Made by a program: the position numbers and the translations under genes | Part shown: piece after piece, positions 42,721-53,680 of the stretch | Layout: the number at the start of each line of letters is the position of its first letter | How positions within the stretch are numbered: the first letter of the stretch is position 1 | Assembly: GCA_965212525.1 (NCBI GenBank) | Contig: CBDBVC010000045.1 | Coordinates: 70,949 to 134,948, forward strand | DNA length: 64,000 bases | Direction: 5' to 3' | From: Lysobacterales bacterium | Lineage (GTDB): Bacteria > Pseudomonadota > Gammaproteobacteria > Xanthomonadales > SZUA-38 | The notes under the pieces: model-generated | Seen by the model: only the letters and a program-made list of their open reading frames with translations | The model's database searches: none | Told to the model about the DNA's origin: nothing

Positions 42721-42751
42721 AACCCTGCACGGTCACGTGCGGGGTTTTTTT
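42721..42751 (+). terminator. Intrinsic terminator after rpoH
   Basis: CCCTGCACG-GTCA-CGTGCGGGG + T7. Confidence 0.85.
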
Positions 42752-42780
42752 AACCATACCGTTATGGAGTAGTAAGCATC

Positions 42781-43386
42781 ATGTCAGTATTAGTTGGAAG
42801 AACCGCACCCGATTTCGATTCTGCAGCAGTTCTGGGAAGCGGCGAGATTGTCGACAATTTCAATTTCCATCAGGCCATTGACGGCAAGATGGGCGTGCTG
42901 TTTTTTTACCCGCTGGACTTCACCTTCGTCTGTCCGTCTGAACTGATCGCATTTGATCATCGTCTGGCTGAATTCGAAAAGCGCGGCGTGCAGGTGGTGG
43001 GCGTCTCAATCGACTCGCAGTTCACCCACAATGCCTGGCGCAACACCGACGTCAATGCAGGCGGCATCGGACCGGTGGGCTATCCGCTGGTTGCTGACGT
43101 ATCACACTCGATCTGTCAGGCCTATGGTATCGAGCACCCGACTGATGGCGTGGCCTTCCGTGCCTCATTCCTGATCGATGCCAACAAGCAGGTTCGTCAC
43201 CAGATCGTCAACGACCTGCCGCTGGGTCGAAACATCGATGAAATGATCCGCATGGTCGATGCACTGGCCTTCCACGAAGAGCACGGCGAAGTTTGCCCGG
43301 CTGGCTGGAAAGACGGTGACGAGGGCATGAATGCCGACCCGGACGGCGTGGCTTCATACCTCAGCAAGAATGCCGAAGCGCTGTAA
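42781..43386 (+). CDS. 2-Cys peroxiredoxin (AhpC/TsaA)
   Basis: YPLDFTFVCPSE, GEVCPAGW. Confidence 0.97.
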   Translation: MSVLVGRTAPDFDSAAVLGSGEIVDNFNFHQAIDGKMGVLFFYPLDFTFVCPSELIAFDHRLAEFEKRGVQVVGVSIDSQFTHNAWRNTDVNAGGIGPVGYPLVADVSHSICQAYGIEHPTDGVAFRASFLIDANKQVRHQIVNDLPLGRNIDEMIRMVDALAFHEEHGEVCPAGWKDGDEGMNADPDGVASYLSKNAEAL

Positions 43387-43404
43387 CCGCAGCGTTATCG
43401 ATTG

Positions 43405-43432
43405 AAAAAAGGGGCCGAGTGGCCCCTTTTTT
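43405..43432. terminator. Bidirectional intrinsic terminator
   Basis: A6-GGGGCC-GAGT-GGCCCC-T6 between convergent genes. Confidence 0.92.
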
Positions 43433-43475
43433 CATGCTGCACGGGCAGCGGCCGTTTGACGCCGGCAAGGCCGGT

Positions 43476-44666
43476 TCAGGGCAATTCCCGGATCCACGGA
43501 CGCGGGTTCACCGGCTTGCCATCCTTGCGGATCTCGAAATACAGACCGCTGTCAGCAATCAGACTGTTGTCGCCCACGGTGCCGATCACTTCATCCTGAT
43601 TGACCCAGTCACCCACATCCTTGAACAGTGCCTCGTTGAAGCCGTACAGACTCAGGTAACCCTCGCCGTGATCGATGATGATCAGCAGACCAAAGCCGCG
43701 CAGCCAGTCGGAATAAGCCACCCGACCGTAGGAGAGGGCCTTGATCTGCGTGCCCTTGGCCGCCTTGATAACAGCGCCCATGCGGTTCATGCCACCAGGC
43801 TTGTTACTGCCCGGCGCCAGGTACATGTCGCCCTGAACCGGCCAGGCCAGACGGCTTTTCTGCGAGATGAAATCAGGAGCGTGGTCTATCTGGTTGGGGA
43901 TGTCGGCAAAGATGTCCTCCAGTTCGGCCAGCAGTTTCTGCAGCCGTTTCTGGTCCTGATCGAGTGATCCGAGTTCGGACTGGCTGCTCTGGATGCGTTC
44001 GGCGATGCGCGCCAGCAGGACCTTGCGCTCATCCTGCAGCGCCTGCTTGCCCTGTCGCTCGGCAATCAACTGTAACTCGTTTTTCTGCATCGATTCACGC
44101 ACACGCAGCTGCTCGGCGATCAGGTTGTCGAGCTGTACCAGCTGTCCCTGAATACGGTCGATACGGCGGACCCGCTCACGATTGAAATAACGGTAATAGG
44201 ACAATGACCGGCCCATGGCCGCAGGGTCATCCTGATTGATCACCATCTTGAGAAACTGGTGCTGTCCAAGCGCATAGGCCGATCGCACCTGGGCGGCCAG
44301 CGCCGCCGCTTCCTCCTGAATCGAGGCGTTCAGCCCATCCTGTTCGCGCTGGTTACCGGCCAGCCGCTGGTTCTGGCTCCCGATCTGTGTCTGCAGGCGC
44401 TTGAGCTCACGTGTGACCGCGGAGATTTCGCGCTCGGTCACGGCCAGCTCGTCATCAAGCTCGTCACGTTCGGTTTCGGCCGCGCGGATCTGCTGCTGGA
44501 TGTCGGCAATCTGATCGCGCAACTCGATCAGGCGGTTGCGGATCTCTTCGGCATCGTCCGCAGACGGGGCCGAGACCCACAGCAACAGGGTCAGCAGCAG
44601 ACCGAACAGACCTGTCCGGGCAACGCTGTCGGGCCTGAAACTGAAGGATGAAGCGGCTTCTGTCAT
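43476..44666 (-). CDS. envC: Murein hydrolase activator EnvC
   Basis: Coiled coil plus degenerate M23 domain (WLRGFGLLIIIDHG, LYFEIR). Confidence 0.9.
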   Translation of the reverse strand: MTEAASSFSFRPDSVARTGLFGLLLTLLLWVSAPSADDAEEIRNRLIELRDQIADIQQQIRAAETERDELDDELAVTEREISAVTRELKRLQTQIGSQNQRLAGNQREQDGLNASIQEEAAALAAQVRSAYALGQHQFLKMVINQDDPAAMGRSLSYYRYFNRERVRRIDRIQGQLVQLDNLIAEQLRVRESMQKNELQLIAERQGKQALQDERKVLLARIAERIQSSQSELGSLDQDQKRLQKLLAELEDIFADIPNQIDHAPDFISQKSRLAWPVQGDMYLAPGSNKPGGMNRMGAVIKAAKGTQIKALSYGRVAYSDWLRGFGLLIIIDHGEGYLSLYGFNEALFKDVGDWVNQDEVIGTVGDNSLIADSGLYFEIRKDGKPVNPRPWIRELP

Positions 44667-44734
44667 GTTTAACAGTTGATTATTACTGTTTAGACTACAT
44701 ATCCTTCACATATTACCATCTCCAAGATCGATAC

Positions 44735-45175
44735 ATGCTAGAACTACTTCCAGAATTTATCGGAAATCACCCGATACTGAGCCTGATGTTCGTGGGTCTG
44801 CTGGTGTTGCTGGTGCATAACGAAGTCACCCTGCGTTTTCGGGGCTTCAAGGCCGTGACACCTGCCCAGCTGACGGCACTGATCAACCAGAAGAACGCAG
44901 CGCTGATCGACGTCAGCGCCAAGGGCGATTTCGAAAAGGGGCACATCGTCAACTCGATCAATGTCCTGCCGTCAACCGTCGACCCTCAGGACAAGAAGCT
45001 GACTCAGCTGAAGGATCAGGTGGTCGGTGTGTGCTGCAAGAACGGCGTGCAATCCGAACAGGTGTGCAAGAAGCTGGTCAAGGCCGGCTACAACCAGCTG
45101 TTCTGGCTCAAGGGTGGTGTTCAGGCCTGGGCGGCCGACCAGCTGCCACTGACGCGTGGAAAATCCGCCAAATAA
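44735..45175 (+). CDS. Membrane-anchored rhodanese-like protein (YibN-like)
   Basis: FIGNHPIL TM, GHI..SIN, LKGGVQAW; upstream of secB. Confidence 0.9.
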   Translation: MLELLPEFIGNHPILSLMFVGLLVLLVHNEVTLRFRGFKAVTPAQLTALINQKNAALIDVSAKGDFEKGHIVNSINVLPSTVDPQDKKLTQLKDQVVGVCCKNGVQSEQVCKKLVKAGYNQLFWLKGGVQAWAADQLPLTRGKSAK

Positions 45176-45315
45176 GCAATTCAGTTGACCGATATCAGGC
45201 ACGGGAATGGCCAGAACTGTAATGTGCCTGCGGTGACCGATGTCCGGTCACCACTGGAGAACGCATCGTCGAGATGAAACAATACAACAATTAAGACTAG
45301 TTAGGGACAAGACAC

Positions 45316-45807
45316 ATGGCAGAAGAAAACCAGACACCGGATACCGCCGGTCAGGGCGCAGCCCAGGCGGACCAGCCACGATTCAGCGTAATGAAACTGT
45401 TCATCAAGGACGTTTCATTCGAATCACCTTCATCACCCGAAATTTTCCAGAATCCGGGCGAGCCCGAGTTGAAGCTCAACCTCAACCAGCGCGTCAAGTC
45501 ACTGGAAGACAACAACTATGAAGTCATCCTGACTGTGACCGTCACGTGCAAGGTGGGCGAGCAGACAGCCTATCTGGCGGAAGTCCAGCAGGGCGGACTG
45601 TTCAACATTGTCGGTTTCGAGCCGGAACAGGCGCAGGCGACTCTGGGTTCCTATTGCCCGGCCATCCTGTTCCCGTACGCCAGACAACAGATCTCCGATC
45701 TGGTACTGCACGGTGGATTCCAGCCACTGCTGCTGCAACCGGTGAACTTCGACCAGCTGTATGCGGAACAGATCCGCAGACAACAGGCAGAAGCCACCGC
45801 CAGCTGA
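45316..45807 (+). CDS. secB: Protein-export chaperone SecB
   Basis: KDVSFESP, CPAILFPYAR, PVNFDQLY. Confidence 0.98.
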   Translation: MAEENQTPDTAGQGAAQADQPRFSVMKLFIKDVSFESPSSPEIFQNPGEPELKLNLNQRVKSLEDNNYEVILTVTVTCKVGEQTAYLAEVQQGGLFNIVGFEPEQAQATLGSYCPAILFPYARQQISDLVLHGGFQPLLLQPVNFDQLYAEQIRRQQAEATAS

Positions 45808-45820
45808 TCAGCACGAGCAG

Positions 45821-46834
45821 ATGCCGGAGCACAATGACCGACAGACAGTAGCCGTTCTCGGGGCAGGGTCCTGGGGGACGGCACTGGCGTTGCAGATTGC
45901 ACGCTGTGGTCATGAGGTGCGCCTCTGGGGTCGCGATCCGGAGATGCTGGCCCGCATGTCGGAGCAACGGCAGAACAGCCGTTATCTTAGCGATGCCATG
46001 TTTCCGGACAACCTGCTGGTGGAGTCGGATCTGGAGGCGGCGATGCACGCCTCCGAGCGTATCCTGCTGGTCACACCCAGTCACTCCTTCCCCGACATGC
46101 TCAGGCAGATCGGGCCGGAGATGAAGCAGGGCATGGATTTCGCCTGGGCCACCAAGGGTTTCGAGCCTGGCTCCGGACGCCTGCTGCATCAGGTAGCCAA
46201 CGAAATTCTGGGTGACAACAGCCCGGGTGCCGTCGTCACCGGACCGTCCTTCGCACGCGAAGTGGCCGACGACAAGCCAACGGCAGTGACCGTGGCATCG
46301 ACCGATCTCGATCATGCCCAGCGCTGGGTCGATGTGCTGCACGGCGGCAGTTTCCGTGCCTACGTCACCGATGACATCATCGGTGCCGAACTGGGCGGTG
46401 CGGTCAAGAACGTACTGGCCGTGGGCACCGGCATCATTGACGGCATGCAGCTGGGCACCAATGCTCGCGCTGCGCTGATGACCCGCGGACTGGCCGAAAT
46501 GATGCGGCTCTCCGAGGCACTGGGCGCCCGCCGCGAAACCCTCATGGGGCTGTCCGGCATCGGCGATCTTATTCTGACCTGTACCGGTGATCTTTCCAGA
46601 AACCGCCGCTTCGGACTGGCCATTGGTCGTGGCGTCGATCAGGCTCAGGCACTGGAGGAAATCAATCAGGTGGTCGAGGGTGTGCGCACGGCTGAAGAGC
46701 TGATGCGTCTGAGTGCCCGTCACAATGTCGAGCTGCCCATCTCCGAACAGATCTCACTGATCATCAGTGGCGATATCACCCCCATCGAGGGCGTGAAGAA
46801 CCTCATGTCGCGCGAGCCGCGCGCCGAAAACTGA
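45821..46834 (+). CDS. gpsA: NAD(P)H glycerol-3-phosphate dehydrogenase
   Basis: GAGSWGTALA, GAVKNV, GDLILTCT..LSRN. Confidence 0.98.
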   Translation: MPEHNDRQTVAVLGAGSWGTALALQIARCGHEVRLWGRDPEMLARMSEQRQNSRYLSDAMFPDNLLVESDLEAAMHASERILLVTPSHSFPDMLRQIGPEMKQGMDFAWATKGFEPGSGRLLHQVANEILGDNSPGAVVTGPSFAREVADDKPTAVTVASTDLDHAQRWVDVLHGGSFRAYVTDDIIGAELGGAVKNVLAVGTGIIDGMQLGTNARAALMTRGLAEMMRLSEALGARRETLMGLSGIGDLILTCTGDLSRNRRFGLAIGRGVDQAQALEEINQVVEGVRTAEELMRLSARHNVELPISEQISLIISGDITPIEGVKNLMSREPRAEN

Positions 46835-46860
46835 GTCACATACCGCTTCTGACGACAACG

Positions 46861-48636
46861 CTAGTGTGGCGTTGCGCTGTCCTGATCCAGCAAATCACCC
46901 ATGAACTGATCCCGCTCTTCCAGCGCTCGCAGATGCTGGCGGTACAGCCAGTTGGCAATCTTGTCTTCCGCAATCCCTTCTGATTTAAGCACGGCGGCCG
47001 CCAGGTCGAGCCCGGGCGGCACGCTGTTGTCGACCACGGCCGTGATCTTCAGCGCGCCGAATGCATCCACCTGACGTTCGTCGCTGATTGAGGCAAACCG
47101 TTTCAGGCCCGGGAAGCGATCATTGACCGTGCGGGTGAGTTTTTCCGAGGTGGCGAAATGCGGCATGGTGTTGACTACCGTCTTCACGTGCAGGCTGTCC
47201 AGCGCGCTGATCAGCCGCAGGTCGGTGGCATCGCCGAAGGCGACCTGGTAGCCATCGGTCTTGGCCTGGATAAAGCGGTCATGGTCATTATCCAGGGCAA
47301 TATAGGGAATACTGTGTGCCTCCAGTGCATCGGCAATGCAATGACCCACCTCACCCATGCTGATGACCAGTACAGTGCAGTTGCCACTGGGCGCGACCAA
47401 GCCGGTTCGGGCATCCTCATCATACTTGCGTTCCGACAGCCGTTCGGCCAGCTGGTGACCCAGCGCCGAGAGCGGCGGTGTCAGCGCCATGCTGATGGCG
47501 ACGGCGGTAATCAGCACATTGGTTATCTCTACACCGAGAGCCGATTGCACGGCAACGTAGCTGAACACCACGAAGGCAAACTCACTGCCCTGTGACAACA
47601 GGAAGCCCAGCTGGATCGAGGAGCGCGTGGGCATGCGCAGGATCTTGCAGGCGGCGAACACCAGCAGCGATTTCAGCCCCAGCAACAACACAACTGAGGT
47701 GAGGATCTCCAGCCAGGAGGACAACAGTGAACCGGGGTCCATCTCCATGCCAATGGTGATGAAGAAAAAGCCCAGCAGCAGACCGCGGAACGGCTTCACC
47801 TCAATCTGGATGATGTGCCGGTAATGCGTCTCGGCAATGATCATGCCACCGAGAAAGGCACCCAGTGTCAGCGACAACTCGATCATGCCGGTGGCGGCTG
47901 CCGCAGCCAGCACGATCAGCAGCGCCGTGGCCGAGAAGATTTCATCGTTCTTGAACGAGGCGATGAAGCGCAGCAGCGGTTCGGCGATCAGTTTCGCGAC
48001 CAGGACAGCCACAGCGAATGCAGCCAGGGCCTTGCCGAGCGACAGCAGCATAATATCGCCGATTGGTGCGCCTTCCTGTCCGAAACCGGCCGCCATGATC
48101 AGCAGGAAAATGGCGATGATGTCCTGGAAGATCAGCACCGATGTGGCGGCCGAGCCGAGCGGTGAATTGCGCTGATGGTAGCTGGCCAGCACCTGGGCCA
48201 CCACCGCCGTCGAGGACAGCGCCAGGGCGACGCCGATCAGAATGGCGAGCGAGCCCGAATCGGTCAGCAGGTACACCGGCCAGGCCAGCACCAGCGCACA
48301 GAGCAATACCTGAATCGGGCCCAGGCCGAGCATTTCCTTGCGTGAATCCCAGATATCCTCAAGCGTGAAGTGCAGGCCGATGTCGAACAACAGGAACACG
48401 ATTCCGAGTTCTGCGAGTATGTGTGTGGTGTGGCTCTCCTGAATGAAATCCAGGCCGTGCGGACCAATCAGCACGCCGGCGATCAGGTAGCCGACGATCG
48501 GGTTCAGTTTCAGCGGTCGGGTCAGGGCAATGGCGGCGATGCCGGTGACCAGCAGTATGAGGGTCGGGACAAGAAAACTGACGTGTTCCAAGTGCTGCTG
48601 TTCCTTCCGCTGGCAGGGGCCTGACAATGCTGTCAC
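46861..48636 (-). CDS. CPA2 cation:proton antiporter with TrkA-N domain (Kef-like)
   Basis: ALSSTAVV, LIFQD, LSQGSEFAF; true start may be TTG at 48591. Confidence 0.92.
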   Translation of the reverse strand: MTALSGPCQRKEQQHLEHVSFLVPTLILLVTGIAAIALTRPLKLNPIVGYLIAGVLIGPHGLDFIQESHTTHILAELGIVFLLFDIGLHFTLEDIWDSRKEMLGLGPIQVLLCALVLAWPVYLLTDSGSLAILIGVALALSSTAVVAQVLASYHQRNSPLGSAATSVLIFQDIIAIFLLIMAAGFGQEGAPIGDIMLLSLGKALAAFAVAVLVAKLIAEPLLRFIASFKNDEIFSATALLIVLAAAAATGMIELSLTLGAFLGGMIIAETHYRHIIQIEVKPFRGLLLGFFFITIGMEMDPGSLLSSWLEILTSVVLLLGLKSLLVFAACKILRMPTRSSIQLGFLLSQGSEFAFVVFSYVAVQSALGVEITNVLITAVAISMALTPPLSALGHQLAERLSERKYDEDARTGLVAPSGNCTVLVISMGEVGHCIADALEAHSIPYIALDNDHDRFIQAKTDGYQVAFGDATDLRLISALDSLHVKTVVNTMPHFATSEKLTRTVNDRFPGLKRFASISDERQVDAFGALKITAVVDNSVPPGLDLAAAVLKSEGIAEDKIANWLYRQHLRALEERDQFMGDLLDQDSATPH

Positions 48637-48754
48637 TGATCATAGCAGACAAACGGCCCGAGCCGGCAATCAGCGATGCAACGGGCACAGCCATTGACCG
48701 GGGCCATGCGACACGCTAGTGTCGGTCACTTGTGTCTCAAACATGGGCAAGTGC

Positions 48755-51652
48755 ATGATGAAAACAAGACTTCTGTTGCTGTTGTTGCTGGTACCTGTGG
48801 TGCAGGCGGCGGACCTGATGGAACCCACCACGCTGGACGACCTGGATTACGCGCTGCCGTTGCTGACGGACGATTACAATCCGGGCATCGCAACACCCGA
48901 GCAGATCCTGGGCTTCGAGGTTGGCAAGCGCACGGCCACCCCGGAACAGATCGTGCAGGCGATCCGGCTCTGGTCGCAGCAGAGTGACAAGGCCATGCTG
49001 GTTGAGTACGCCCGTTCGCATGAAGACCGTCCTCTCTACTATGTGGTGGTGTCCTCGCCGGCCAATCTGGCGCGGCTTGATGACATCAAGGCCGACCTGG
49101 CCCGACTGGCCGATGCGGCCAGTACCAGCAGCGAACAGGCTGACGAGATCATTGGCCGCCTGCCGGCGATTGCCTGGATGGCCTATTCGATCCACGGCAA
49201 CGAGTCTTCCGGTGCCGATGCCTCACTGGCGGCACTGTATCACCTGATCGCCTCCAACAGCGCCGAGGTGAGTGATCTGCTGGAGAAGGAAATCGTCATC
49301 ATCGATCCGTCGATGAACCCCGACGGCCGGGCACGCTTCGTCAAGCAGCTGGAGCAGGCGCGAGGTACAGCGCCCAACATCGACAACCAGTCGGTGCTGC
49401 ACAGTGGCGTCTGGCCCTACGGTCGCACCAACCATTACCTGTTCGATCTGAACCGGGATTTTGTCTACCTGGTGCACCCGGAGACCCGTGGCCGCGTCAG
49501 GGCCATCAACGAGTGGACGCCGCAGCTGATGATCGATGGCCACGAAATGGGTTCACTCAATACCTATCTGTTTGCCCCGGCACGTGAGCCGATCAATGCC
49601 CACGTCTCGCGCGAATTGCGCAACTGGAACGATGTCTTTGCCCGTGATCAAGCGGCCGCCTTCGACCGCATGAACTGGCCCTACTACACCGGGGAGTGGT
49701 TCGAGAACCTGTATGCCGGTTACTCCAATTATTCCGAGTACCGCGGCAGCATTCATATCCTGTACGAGCAGGCCAGCACCGATGAGGATGCGGTGATGCG
49801 CCCCGAAGGCCGCATGCGTACCTATCAGCAGAGCGTACACCAGCAGCTGGTCAGCACACTGGTCAATCTGGAGACCCTGGCCAGGCACTCGGCTGACATT
49901 TACCGTGACTATTTCGCCGACCGCCAGCGCATGATTTCATCCAGCAGCCCCTATGCCTCGGTCAGTTACGTCATCGAACCCACCGACAATCACAGTCGTC
50001 TCAACGCACTGGTCGAAGTACTGCAGTTCCAGGACATCAATGTCTACCAGACCAGCAGCGAGATCACGGTCAGCAATGCCCGCGACCATCTGGGCCAGAC
50101 TCGATCACGCACCACCCTGCCAGCCGGTAGCGTGGTGATCCCGAATCGTCAGGCCGAGGCCAGACTGATCGCCGCCGTGCTCGAGTTTGATACGCCGATC
50201 AAGGACGAGGTGCTGATCGAGGAGCGCCAGAACACGCTTCGCGACGGATCCAGCATCATGTACGACGTCACCGCCTGGAACCTCAGCATGATGTATGGTC
50301 TGTCGGCGCTGCGCGTGCCGACCGAGATCAAGTCCAGTCTGGTGCCCTATCAGAAGCGCATGCCGAGTGAACCCAGCCTGTCGGAAACGGCAATTGCCTG
50401 GGCCGTGGACGGTGCCGATGACCGATCACTGGCCTTTGCCGCACGGCTGATGGAACAGGGGGTTCAGGTTCGTGTCATCGACAAGGAATCACAGCTGGAT
50501 GATCGCAACTTCTCTCGCGGTTCGATTCTGGTCAGCCGCAACGACAATCGCAAACGTGCCGATCTGGTCGACACACTCAAGGCCGAAGCCAGTGGCCTGT
50601 CACTGACCCTGTACCCGGTGAGCCGGGGCCTGGGTGAGGGCGAGCTGCCCGATATCGGTGGCCGCCACTTCCGCCTGCTGAGGCAACCCAGTATCGCCAT
50701 CATCAGCCGTGGCATGTTCAACTTCTACGATTACGGCACCATCTGGCACAGCATCGACACCAATCTGGGAATCCGTCACAGCCACCTGGATCAGACTACC
50801 TTCAGCTTCAACGATCTGCGACGCTACAACGTGCTGATCCTGCCCGATCGCTTTGCCGGCAACCTGAGCCCGGGCGAAGTTGCGGCACTGAAACGCTGGG
50901 TCGAGATGGGCAACACACTGATTGCTGTCGACGGTTCGGTACCGGACCTGATCAAGGAAGACAACAAGCTCAGCGCCGTGCGCTCGCTGGAGGACAGTTT
51001 CGGCGATATCGCCGACTATGACATTTCGCTGCAGCGCGAATGGCTGGCCACCCGCGAGACGCTCAGCAACCTGTCCACGACACGTCAGCATGCCGCCGCA
51101 CTCTCGGTCGATTACCCGAGCGCGAAGGCCAGCAAGGGCAAGAGCGAGGATGACCTGAAACAGGTGAACCGCTGGCAATCGCTGTTCATGCCATCCGGTG
51201 CCTTTGTTGCCGGTCGGGGTGATCAGAAGCACTGGCTCAGCTTCGGCACCGATCCGGTGATGCCATTGCTTGTTTCCGACAACCCGGTGCTGATGTCCGG
51301 TGACAGCACCCGCGCCGTGGTGCGCATCGGTGATTACCGCGAGCTCAGCGACGGCGAATGGGATGATGTGAAGGATTCACTCGACGACAGCGACAGTTAT
51401 TCAATCGGCTGGTCCACGCTGCCGCAAAAGCAGGAACTGCTGATTCGCATGAGCGGCCTGCTGTGGCCCGAAGCCAGCCAGCGACTGGCCAATTCGGCCT
51501 GGCTCACGCAGGAACGAAAGGGCCAGGGGCAGATCATTCTGTTTGCCTCGCAGCCCAACTTCCGCGGCGCTGCCAAGGGCATGAACCGCTTCCTGCTCAA
51601 TGCCATTGTGCTGGGCCCCGGACTGGGCACCTCGACCCGCATTGAACTGTAG
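48755..51652 (+). CDS. Secreted M14 family zinc carboxypeptidase
   Basis: Signal peptide, SIHGNE, NPDGR, DLNRD, DGHEMG. Confidence 0.9.
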   Translation: MMKTRLLLLLLLVPVVQAADLMEPTTLDDLDYALPLLTDDYNPGIATPEQILGFEVGKRTATPEQIVQAIRLWSQQSDKAMLVEYARSHEDRPLYYVVVSSPANLARLDDIKADLARLADAASTSSEQADEIIGRLPAIAWMAYSIHGNESSGADASLAALYHLIASNSAEVSDLLEKEIVIIDPSMNPDGRARFVKQLEQARGTAPNIDNQSVLHSGVWPYGRTNHYLFDLNRDFVYLVHPETRGRVRAINEWTPQLMIDGHEMGSLNTYLFAPAREPINAHVSRELRNWNDVFARDQAAAFDRMNWPYYTGEWFENLYAGYSNYSEYRGSIHILYEQASTDEDAVMRPEGRMRTYQQSVHQQLVSTLVNLETLARHSADIYRDYFADRQRMISSSSPYASVSYVIEPTDNHSRLNALVEVLQFQDINVYQTSSEITVSNARDHLGQTRSRTTLPAGSVVIPNRQAEARLIAAVLEFDTPIKDEVLIEERQNTLRDGSSIMYDVTAWNLSMMYGLSALRVPTEIKSSLVPYQKRMPSEPSLSETAIAWAVDGADDRSLAFAARLMEQGVQVRVIDKESQLDDRNFSRGSILVSRNDNRKRADLVDTLKAEASGLSLTLYPVSRGLGEGELPDIGGRHFRLLRQPSIAIISRGMFNFYDYGTIWHSIDTNLGIRHSHLDQTTFSFNDLRRYNVLILPDRFAGNLSPGEVAALKRWVEMGNTLIAVDGSVPDLIKEDNKLSAVRSLEDSFGDIADYDISLQREWLATRETLSNLSTTRQHAAALSVDYPSAKASKGKSEDDLKQVNRWQSLFMPSGAFVAGRGDQKHWLSFGTDPVMPLLVSDNPVLMSGDSTRAVVRIGDYRELSDGEWDDVKDSLDDSDSYSIGWSTLPQKQELLIRMSGLLWPEASQRLANSAWLTQERKGQGQIILFASQPNFRGAAKGMNRFLLNAIVLGPGLGTSTRIEL

Positions 51653-51656
51653 CGCC

Positions 51657-52808
51657 ATGGGCCTGACACGGATTTCCCCCTGGCTGTTTTCAATTGCATT
51701 GATGGCCAGCCCGGATCCGGTCATGGCCACCTGGTCGATTCTGTTTCACGACACGGAGTCGGGCGAAACGGGGGTCGCTTCGGCAACCTGCGTCACCGGG
51801 ATCGACCTGAAGGCATTTTCGCCCGTTGTTCGTGTGGCAACAGGTGCCGGTGCAGCACAGTCGGCGGTCGATTCCTCCGGTCAGCGGCGCAATATCATCC
51901 GCGACGGCCTGATCAATGGCGATGACGCCGACAGCATCATTGCCGAACTGATCCAGCTCAACGGCACCGGATTTCACCAGCACGGTATTGTGGGCAGTGG
52001 TCCCAGCGCAGCGACGCAGTCTGGCGTAGACACCTTTGATCATTCCTCCGGCGTTGCCGGCTCGGCTGGGAGTGTGCATTACGCCATTCAGGGCAATATC
52101 CTGACGGGTGTGGCCGTGATCAACGAGGCGGAAAATGCGCTGCTCAACACCGGTGATACCTGGCCGGCCCGCTTGATGGCAGCCATGCAGGCGGCACGAC
52201 TGCAGGGCGGTGACGGTCGCTGTTCCTGTCCTGGGCTGGTCACCGGTTGCGGCACACCGCCGCCGATGTTCGACAAGTCGGCCGACGTCGGTTTCTTCAT
52301 CGTCAGCCGCGAAGGCGACAGTGACGACAGCAACTGCAATGCCAATGGCTGTGCAGACGGCGATTACTTTCTCGATTTCAACATTGCCTTTCAGGGCAGC
52401 GCCGATCCGGATCCGGTGTTGCAGCTGCAGACGCTGTTCGATCAGTCACGCAGCGACCGCATCGGCATGGCCGATGCGCTGGTCACACAAGTGAGCTTCG
52501 AGCGCGATGGCAACGACTACGTGCTGCTGGTTCAGCTCAAGGACTGGCAGGGACAGGACCTGACGGGAACAGCCGCGCTGATTACGGTCAGTCACCTGCC
52601 GGATTCGGATCAGTTCACCAGCATTGGCGCGGTGGCGCCACAGGGCAACGGCTTGTATCGGGTACCACTACTGGTGGTAGATCAGGATCTGGGTACCGAT
52701 CATTTCAACATCATCATCAATGACGGCGGCCGCGATGTGATGATTCCCAGCACGCGCACCTTCCTCATGTCCCAGAGCAGCATCTTCTCGGACGGCTTCG
52801 AGGGCTGA
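51657..52808 (+). CDS. DUF1028 (Ntn-hydrolase-like) secreted protein with C-terminal extension
   Basis: A-TWSI...GVASATC, QGNIL, GGDGRC; ends IFSDGFEG. Confidence 0.8.
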   Translation: MGLTRISPWLFSIALMASPDPVMATWSILFHDTESGETGVASATCVTGIDLKAFSPVVRVATGAGAAQSAVDSSGQRRNIIRDGLINGDDADSIIAELIQLNGTGFHQHGIVGSGPSAATQSGVDTFDHSSGVAGSAGSVHYAIQGNILTGVAVINEAENALLNTGDTWPARLMAAMQAARLQGGDGRCSCPGLVTGCGTPPPMFDKSADVGFFIVSREGDSDDSNCNANGCADGDYFLDFNIAFQGSADPDPVLQLQTLFDQSRSDRIGMADALVTQVSFERDGNDYVLLVQLKDWQGQDLTGTAALITVSHLPDSDQFTSIGAVAPQGNGLYRVPLLVVDQDLGTDHFNIIINDGGRDVMIPSTRTFLMSQSSIFSDGFEG

Positions 52809-52843
52809 AAAAAACAACCGTCAGCCGTTTTCGATGAAGTCTC

Positions 52844-53590
52844 TCAGTGCGCCTTGCCCTGATTCGCCACTTCGTTCATGGCAGCCTGGATGGCTTCGGG
52901 GTCGTTGAGGTAATAGCTCCTGATCGGCGTGAGTGATTCATCAAGCTCGTACACCAGTGGTTCACCCGTCGGTATATTGAGCTTGAGGATCTCTTCGTCG
53001 GAGACCTTGTCCAGGTGCTTGACCAGGGCCCGCAGTGAATTGCCGTGGGCCGCGATGATCACCCGCTTGCCCGAGGTGATGACCGGCACGATATCCGATT
53101 CCCAGTAGGGCAGGACGCGATCAACGGTATCGGCCAGACACTCGCCGACCGGCAGCTCGGATTCTTCCAGCGCGGCATAACGCGGATCATGACCGGGATA
53201 ATGCTCACTGTCCTTCTCCAGCGCCGGCGGTGGTGTGGCGTAACTGCGGCGCCAGATCAGCACCTGTTCATCGCCGTATTTCGCCGCGGTTTCGGCCTTG
53301 TCCAGTCCCTGCAATGCGCCGTAATGACGCTCGTTCAGACGCCAGTGACGATGCACCGGCAGCCACATGCGGTCCATTTCATCGAGTGCAATCCACAGGG
53401 TGCGAATGGCACGTTTCAGCACCGAGGTGAAGGCGATATCGAAGTCGAAGCCTTCCTGCTTCAGCAGTTTGCCGGCATTGGCGGCCTGGGCTCGGCCAGT
53501 ATCGGTCAGGTCAACATCGGCCCAGCCAGTAAACTGGTTGGATTTGTTCCACAGGCTCTGGCCGTGGCGCAGCAGGACTATCTTGTACAT
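52844..53590 (-). CDS. gpmA: 2,3-BPG-dependent phosphoglycerate mutase
   Basis: [21 protein letters not shown]. Confidence 0.98.
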   Translation of the reverse strand: MYKIVLLRHGQSLWNKSNQFTGWADVDLTDTGRAQAANAGKLLKQEGFDFDIAFTSVLKRAIRTLWIALDEMDRMWLPVHRHWRLNERHYGALQGLDKAETAAKYGDEQVLIWRRSYATPPPALEKDSEHYPGHDPRYAALEESELPVGECLADTVDRVLPYWESDIVPVITSGKRVIIAAHGNSLRALVKHLDKVSDEEILKLNIPTGEPLVYELDESLTPIRSYYLNDPEAIQAAMNEVANQGKAH

Positions 53591-53680
53591 GGGGTCTCAT
53601 TTCAATTCGAACAGCAAGGGCGTATCCTATCACGATCAGCCGCCGCCTGAAGCGGCAATCGACCCGGCAGGACAGGTGAC

